Source: a virus
Lineage: Duplodnaviria; Caudoviricetes
Virus record (IMG/VR): IMGVR_UViG_3300007520_000038
Location: 1 to 38,934 of that record
Direction: 5' to 3' (one strand)
DNA length: 38,934 bases
Part shown: positions 33,649 through 38,934 of the stretch, piece by piece
Position numbering within the stretch: position 1 is the stretch's first letter
Layout of the letters: the number at the start of each line of letters is the position of its first letter
Notes under the pieces: generated by a model
What the model saw: the letters and a program-made list of their open reading frames with translations, nothing else
What the model was told of the DNA's origin: nothing
Database searches by the model: none
Made by a program: the position numbers and the translations under genes

Positions 33649-33992
33649 GATGCAACCTTCGAGTCTGTTGTTATTGTATTGGTGGGAAACCCGCCAATCG
33701 TAGCGGGTAGTCTGTTTACTAGTGTAAGAAACGGCAGCAGTTCTTTAAGGTAATCTACAAGTTCAAATACAAGTAAATCAACAGCGGCGTCTCCGAATAC
33801 ATTAAGAATAATAATAATATGATTTAGAATAAGTCGATACTTTAATTCTCCACTCTTTCGATATACGTTAAGTAGTCTCCGTATTAATAGAAATCTCCTA
33901 AGATCTTCTTGAAAGTCGAGATCAGTAGCTGCTATATCGTCATAATATGTAGCAGCTACTGATATAAAGGTTTCTCGGGTGATGTATATCAT
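33630..33992 (-). CDS. conserved T4-like hypothetical protein
   Basis: FQEDLRRF...IRRLL...GELKYRLILNHIIIILNVFG. Confidence 0.8.
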   Translation of the reverse strand: MIYITRETFISVAATYYDDIAATDLDFQEDLRRFLLIRRLLNVYRKSGELKYRLILNHIIIILNVFGDAAVDLLVFELVDYLKELLPFLTLVNRLPATIGGFPTNTITTDSKVASCLTLI

Positions 33993-34028
33993 ATTATTGA
34001 GGTACTCGTATTGATACTAAAGTGAAAT

Positions 34029-34466
34029 TTAAGCTACAGGACCTACTATATTTGAATTCATCGAGGTTGCGCCGAGGCCGTTAGTACCTGTAACAATGCT
34101 ACGAATAAACTTCCCGACATTACCGACAGTAAGAACATATGTTGCACCTGTGGCAGCGGCTATGTCAGTGAAGGGTCCTGCTGCAGTGTCTGCGACCTGC
34201 CATTGGCGTGTGAATGCTGGTGATCCAACCCATGTACCGTTAGTACTTGTGAGTGTAGAAGTAGCAGTTAGTGTACCTGAAACTACGGGAGCGACAGTAG
34301 AATACGCTCCAAGATTCGGGTTCCCCATAGCAATAAGAACTTCTTCTAGTCCGCCTGGTTGTGTATAAACCCAACCTTCTGCTGTAAGTGCAGTGTTTGC
34401 TTTTTGAGCTGTAGTCAGATACTTCGGCTTATCTGTCGCTACGCCTGTTTTACCCCATAATGCCAT
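34029..34466 (-). CDS. MALWG-family virion protein with Ig-like domain
   Basis: MALWG, GWVY...EVLIAM, RQWQ...DIAAATGATYVLT..VGKFIR; CATAAATA at 34492-34499. Confidence 0.8.
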   Translation of the reverse strand: MALWGKTGVATDKPKYLTTAQKANTALTAEGWVYTQPGGLEEVLIAMGNPNLGAYSTVAPVVSGTLTATSTLTSTNGTWVGSPAFTRQWQVADTAAGPFTDIAAATGATYVLTVGNVGKFIRSIVTGTNGLGATSMNSNIVGPVA

Positions 34467-34494
34467 ATCAATTCTCCTTTAATGTTTCTTTTAT

Positions 34495-34983
34495 TTATGG
34501 TTTCGGAAAATGAGTTTCATGTATCTCACGTAATACGGCATGCTGCTTCGACACTTGTAGTAGTTTAATTTGGTCATGATCAGTCATCCGCGGGTCTGCG
34601 GCCGCGGCATGTATCGTTTTTCCTAGATTATCTATATGATACCCGATTAGTATTGCGGGGTGATCTCGCATCATGTTTGCATTGTTGAGATGGTGAAACG
34701 CAGCATGGTGAGATGCACCTTTGATGGTTCTAAATTTATCATTCGTCGCACCGGCAAGGTTTGTCACCATATATCGGGTGTTATATTTTCGTCCATGGTT
34801 TGGTACTACTTTTCCGAATATTGTCTTATAAAATTCAGGGTAGTCTTGTATACGTTCGATATTTGCGATCACAGCATTACTATGGTGAATCTCCCACGAT
34901 CCGCCGCCAATATTCTTTACATGGTATCGTCTATCACCCGCCAATGAGAGCCTCTCTAACTTTATTAATGAGTGGATTCTCAT
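34495..34983 (-). CDS. His-rich hypothetical protein
   Basis: ORF in the late block. Confidence 0.6.
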   Translation of the reverse strand: MRIHSLIKLERLSLAGDRRYHVKNIGGGSWEIHHSNAVIANIERIQDYPEFYKTIFGKVVPNHGRKYNTRYMVTNLAGATNDKFRTIKGASHHAAFHHLNNANMMRDHPAILIGYHIDNLGKTIHAAAADPRMTDHDQIKLLQVSKQHAVLREIHETHFPKP

Positions 34984-35791
34984 GCGTATTGACTGTAATC
35001 CCGTCTAATACTTGCTCAAATATAATCTCAGCCTTATCTCTCAGCAATGGAGGAAGGCCTCTAGAGAATGTTTCTCTATCTCCATTAACGACCGCTTGTC
35101 GTAGTTGTGTTGCAGAAATATTTTCATTCAAGATGGCTCCGTCGCGTGATAGCGAAACAACAGAAGCGGATTCAAACACAAAATCTGAACCGTTATATGT
35201 TTCTACTATGCGAGTATAGTCCCCTGCTTGATCTGCGCCGGTGACCCAAATAAGAGTATCGTAGGACTCTGCTATTGATTGTAGTAGTGTAATAGGGTTA
35301 CTGAATAATTCCTCGCGAACGTCTACAATATCACCGAATGCTTCTGTGATGATTGAATGCTTTTGTGTATTGGTTAGTGGGTTATTTCGATTATTTGTAG
35401 GTGAGAGAAATAACATCGGGTGACCGTTTTCACGAGCGGCGACGTCGCGCGCCTCTGAAACGAGTCTTTGATGGCCTATAGTTGGTGGATTCATACGCCC
35501 GAAAACAATTACAGCAGTTTTACTCTCAACAATCTGTCCGTGTGATGTTACACGCCTAATAGGTGGATGTAGAGTTACTTCATTCCGCTTTCCGCCTTGA
35601 TGAGTTCTAGTCTTCGATTGCTTCTTCTCTTTGAGAGGTGTCGTAGGATCAGCATCAGACGCTGTAATTAGCTTCTTTTCTTTCGGCTTCACTGCTACGT
35701 TCGGCATTTCCCTTACAGGTTTAACCTTAACGGGATTTTTCTTTTCCGTATCTTCAGTAGGTTTATCTTTATCAGTTGGTTTTGTACCCAT
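34934..35791 (-). CDS. cytidylyltransferase-like (HxGH) nucleotidyltransferase with Lys/Pro-rich leader
   Basis: VFGRMNPPTIGH, NPL, GADQ, ISATQLR. Confidence 0.85.
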   Translation of the reverse strand: MGTKPTDKDKPTEDTEKKNPVKVKPVREMPNVAVKPKEKKLITASDADPTTPLKEKKQSKTRTHQGGKRNEVTLHPPIRRVTSHGQIVESKTAVIVFGRMNPPTIGHQRLVSEARDVAARENGHPMLFLSPTNNRNNPLTNTQKHSIITEAFGDIVDVREELFSNPITLLQSIAESYDTLIWVTGADQAGDYTRIVETYNGSDFVFESASVVSLSRDGAILNENISATQLRQAVVNGDRETFSRGLPPLLRDKAEIIFEQVLDGITVNTHENPLINKVREALIGG

Positions 35792-35814
35792 TATTTTACC
35801 CTATTAATGTTATA

Positions 35815-35822
35815 TATTTATG
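35815..35822 (-). promoter_or_regulatory. late promoter CATAAATA
   Basis: Follows a terminator; same layout as at 23001. Confidence 0.7.
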
Positions 35823-35830
35823 GTTCTTGT

Positions 35831-35858
35831 AAAGAAAAAGCTGGGGCGAACCCCAGCT
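35831..35858 (-). terminator. Rho-independent terminator
   Basis: AGCTGGGG-TTCG-CCCCAGCT followed by TTTTCTTT. Confidence 0.9.
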
Positions 35859-35901
35859 GAGTTTTCAAAGACAAAGGAGAAAACCAGTCTTCGATAGTTC
35901 T

Positions 35902-36141
35902 TTATGCAGCTCGAGCAATGAATGATGGCGTCCAGCCAGCATATCCCATCCCTTCATCGAGACCTTTAGCAGTTGCCACAGCTAGCCCTAGCTTCGTAAA
36001 CTGACTTAGTCTGAGCCCGGTAGCAAGCTCTTCAATAACATAGGACGATTTTACTACGTTGCTCGGGGATGCATACTTATTAACGGTATACATTTTACCT
36101 TTCCATACAACGTTCTGGGGATCATACTCTACTGAACTCAT
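35902..36141 (-). CDS. hypothetical protein downstream of gp41
   Basis: ATGA overlap; C-terminal GMGYAGWTPSFI. Confidence 0.7.
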   Translation of the reverse strand: MSSVEYDPQNVVWKGKMYTVNKYASPSNVVKSSYVIEELATGLRLSQFTKLGLAVATAKGLDEGMGYAGWTPSFIARAA

Positions 36142-37529
36142 TTTATTCCTTTAAACCTCTCTGCTTTATCATTTAAACGTTTACCAGTTGGTGTATTATC
36201 CATGACGGGTGTATCTGTGTCATGGAATTTCTGTATTGCAGGATCATCGATATCGTATATTCGCATATTATCAGTATCAACGCCAACAATAAATCGCGGC
36301 TTATAGTTTATATTTCGATGTCGGTTTTTCTGTTGAATAAATAGCATCATATTTTTCGCCTTAAGTTCCCTAGGTGCCACACCAACTAGTACAAAGTCTG
36401 CTACGAATAGAGAACCGAACGAATCAGCAACGTCTGACATATCGGGATCTGAGTTCTCGACTGCCCCGCCTCTGTTTAGTTGTTGCCCTGATAGAAGCGC
36501 TGCGTTCGCTCTATTTGCAAACCCTCGTAGTTCTTCAGATATTCCCTGTAGTTTTGTATTCGAATTATCACTTGACCCTGAACCTCGTGCAGAGACACAT
36601 ATCCCAAGATAGTCAATACAGATAAGATCTGGTATAAAGCCTTCTTTTAGTTTTAGTTCAGCTAGTAATGCTTCGAAGTCAAGTATTGATGCTGATGCAG
36701 TTGGGAACTCTTTAACAACCAGGCGTGATTTTGCGCGAACTTTAATGAGTTCAAGTTGCCGCATATATCTGGATTTATCGACCCCAATGAGATCATCCAT
36801 ATCGATGTTGAGTAGGTTTGAGTCGATACGTTGACGTATCTTGTTCTCAGACTCCTCAAGTGTGATATATAGTACGTTTGAACCACGCATATAGGTGGAC
36901 GCAGCAATATTACACATCAACAAGGTCTTACCTACGTGTGTACCTAGTAGCAGTGTGTTTAGAGTCTTGCGAGGAAATCCACCGTTTGTAATCTCGTCGA
37001 TTATATCAATACCAGTGGCAACTCTAGATACTTCTGAGTTATACCATTCGTATTGTGATTCAGCATTTTTGATATAATCATGCCCGAGGTTAACGTTAAA
37101 ATCAATCGCAAGTGCATCGGATAGAATCTGCGGAATAGCAGTAGTCGTTAACCGCTTTTCATTCCCGTTTGAGATCTGAATAGCAGTATTGAGTGCATTG
37201 AATAACGCACGCTCTTTAACAAAGTCTTCTGTTTGTTGAACTAACCACTCTTGATTCGCAGTAATGTCAGCCGAGTTTATAATGTTATTGATGAGTAGTT
37301 TTGTATCATCATACATATCTTGACTGATACCGTTTAGCTTCTCCACTTCAATATTGAGTACTTCTGGAGTAGGGCAAGCCCCATACTTTCTGAAATAGCT
37401 ATCAGTAATTAAGTATAGGGCTTGACTTGGCTTATCAGTGAAATAGTCTTTTTGTAAAAACGGAGTAACTTTTCGTGTATATTCAAGATTAGTCGTTAGA
37501 CTCTTCAGAATTAGTTTCTCGTCCGTCAT
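36138..37529 (-). CDS. 41: replicative helicase (gp41)
   Basis: GGFPRKTLN, GTHVGKT, VLYITLE, VKEFPT, IDYL, SEELRG, QLNR, SDVADSFG. Confidence 0.95.
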   Translation of the reverse strand: MTDEKLILKSLTTNLEYTRKVTPFLQKDYFTDKPSQALYLITDSYFRKYGACPTPEVLNIEVEKLNGISQDMYDDTKLLINNIINSADITANQEWLVQQTEDFVKERALFNALNTAIQISNGNEKRLTTTAIPQILSDALAIDFNVNLGHDYIKNAESQYEWYNSEVSRVATGIDIIDEITNGGFPRKTLNTLLLGTHVGKTLLMCNIAASTYMRGSNVLYITLEESENKIRQRIDSNLLNIDMDDLIGVDKSRYMRQLELIKVRAKSRLVVKEFPTASASILDFEALLAELKLKEGFIPDLICIDYLGICVSARGSGSSDNSNTKLQGISEELRGFANRANAALLSGQQLNRGGAVENSDPDMSDVADSFGSLFVADFVLVGVAPRELKAKNMMLFIQQKNRHRNINYKPRFIVGVDTDNMRIYDIDDPAIQKFHDTDTPVMDNTPTGKRLNDKAERFKGIK

Positions 37530-38577
37530 CTTCAATTACACTTTCTGCTTTTTCTTCTAAACGGCCACCATATTTGAAAAGGTCGCCGCAAACTTTATCA
37601 ATATCTTTTAGGAAGTCTGTAGTAAAGAATCTCTCTGGATCCTTATAGATAGCTTTTTCGAAGTGAGTTGAATCGTCTGGTAACCTGAACTTGTTACCGA
37701 CCTTTGAAATAAGCCCGCCGCGTTCTGCAATCTCAAGCAGTCCGTAGTATTTGTCGAGGCCTGTTTCATATCGTAGGCGTAGTTTAACGATAGCCTTCTC
37801 TTTCGCAAAGCGATTTTTAAAGTTTTTTGCAGAAATAATCGAACCCAATACTGGGCCTGATTGTTGTCCGTCTTTGTCTTGTGCCTTTGACAGCATGACA
37901 ATAATATCAGCTGCGTAACGTGCACCACCTCCACCAGATAGTTCCTGTGTAGGGAACATACCCATTGACGTATATGTGTGGTTTGTGATAATCATTGGAA
38001 TCTTAGCACGTGCAAGTGGTACAGTAATAGCGCGGAATGCACCACGCATCAGCTGTGCTCGAGTCATATCGCGAGTATCTTTACCTGCCTCGATGTCTTC
38101 AACTTCTTTGGATGTTGATAGGTTACCGAGTGAGTCGAGAACCATGATAAACTTTGGTCGAGTCTTTTCAGGTCGTGCTTGATATGCCGTACAAAAGCGT
38201 AGTACGTGTGTACGGAACTTTTGAATAGTTTGCACGTCAACGATGATGACTCGTTTTGAGTCAATGCCACGCTCTTCTAACATTTCTTTTGTAATGGCTG
38301 ATTCGGAGTCGTATAGAATTACGCCTGCGGTTGGATCGCTATCTAAATGCTCTTGTACAATCCCAAGCTGAAAGAAGGTCTTTCCGGTTGTTGATTCACC
38401 TGCAAGCATTAAGCGTTTTGTGTTTGGAATTCCGTTAAATATTGAACCTGATAATAGCGCATTTAGCGCATAACATCCAGTGTCATAATAAGCGGAAAAT
38501 TCCGACGAAGAACCTCCAGCCATGTGGGTATCTTCGTCTTTCATCTCTTTCAAGATGTCGGTAAAAAAGTCTGACAT
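37489..38577 (-). CDS. uvsX: RecA-like recombinase UvsX
   Basis: LNALLSGS, AGESTTGKT, DSE, LDSLGNL, DMTRA, TNHTY, SGG. Confidence 0.95.
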   Translation of the reverse strand: MSDFFTDILKEMKDEDTHMAGGSSSEFSAYYDTGCYALNALLSGSIFNGIPNTKRLMLAGESTTGKTFFQLGIVQEHLDSDPTAGVILYDSESAITKEMLEERGIDSKRVIIVDVQTIQKFRTHVLRFCTAYQARPEKTRPKFIMVLDSLGNLSTSKEVEDIEAGKDTRDMTRAQLMRGAFRAITVPLARAKIPMIITNHTYTSMGMFPTQELSGGGGARYAADIIVMLSKAQDKDGQQSGPVLGSIISAKNFKNRFAKEKAIVKLRLRYETGLDKYYGLLEIAERGGLISKVGNKFRLPDDSTHFEKAIYKDPERFFTTDFLKDIDKVCGDLFKYGGRLEEKAESVIEDDGRETNSEESND

Positions 38578-38647
38578 TTATATCCTTTGTTTGATTACAT
38601 CTTGGAAAATCGCAAGACGGCTAGACGGAACATCTCATCTAGCATTA

Positions 38648-38655
38648 TATTTATG
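38648..38655 (-). promoter_or_regulatory. late-promoter-like CATAAATA overlapping TATAAT upstream of uvsX
   Basis: CTCATAAATATAATG on the minus strand. Confidence 0.45.
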
Positions 38656-38657
38656 AG

Positions 38658-38934
38658 TCAATAATCGAATAAGTCAGATAGATCCGCGACCTTTTCAATA
38701 TTCCAACCGGCGGCGTCAGTTAGTGACTGCATTGGTTTGATAAAGGCCTTTTCGAACATGGTCCGATAATCGATATATGCTTCTAGTTTTAACTCTGGAG
38801 GTAGCTCGTAGGGAGCACCAATAACATTTGAGTTAGTGGGGTTCGGGAGAATCAAGTGACAATACTTGATTTTAGACCCCTCCTCGATAAGAGGATACTT
38901 TGAATCAAGGTTATGCAATCGTAGCATTCTATTA
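38658..38934 (-). CDS. 43: C-terminus of family-B DNA polymerase (gp43), partial
   Basis: GSKIKY..L..PNP...IDY...FEKAF..P...GW......LSDLF; position upstream of uvsX. Confidence 0.9.
   Translation of the reverse strand, partial: NRMLRLHNLDSKYPLIEEGSKIKYCHLILPNPTNSNVIGAPYELPPELKLEAYIDYRTMFEKAFIKPMQSLTDAAGWNIEKVADLSDLFDY

Noticed and set aside
234-38182. Many plus-strand and nested ORFs in the track (e.g. 234..746, 4714..5043, 21565..21930, 32502..32912, 34761..35219)
   Set aside because: They are shadows of well-supported minus-strand genes, with no SD or recognisable motifs.
1-38934. tRNA or rRNA genes
   Set aside because: Intergenic gaps are short and none shows a cloverleaf with a T-loop motif by eye; tRNAscan was not run.

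Overview
A 38.9-kb segment of a large T4-like (gp21/gp55-type) myovirus genome, almost entirely on the minus strand. It carries replication genes (3' end of DNA polymerase gp43, uvsX, gp41 helicase, gp61 primase, RNase H, a PD-(D/E)XK exonuclease) and nucleotide or auxiliary metabolism genes (td, nrdA, nrdB, glutaredoxin, MazG-like, phoH, speD, glycosyltransferase, phosphoesterases, a stand-alone PAS protein). It also carries many selfish elements: a naturally split intein fracturing nrdA around an HNH gene, a class-3 (Ala1, WCT) intein in phoH, an intein in a glycosyltransferase, and two antisense GIY-YIG endonucleases. The stand-out is a pair of late, His-rich polyprotein genes (18642..22970 and 15663..18638) that are in frame and separated by one TAA. 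Together they encode ten diverged ADP-ribosyltransferase domains, each preceded by a prohead-protease-like (I/L/V)-x-E site. This suggests a capsid-packaged, proteolytically released ART arsenal with a non-canonical H-x-Y-[S/A]-G motif in place of Y-R-G. Early (TTGCWN-N17-TATA) and late (TAAATA) promoters, UUCG terminators and RBS-occluding hairpins with late promoters in their loops are visible. All calls come from motif reading only; no searches were run.
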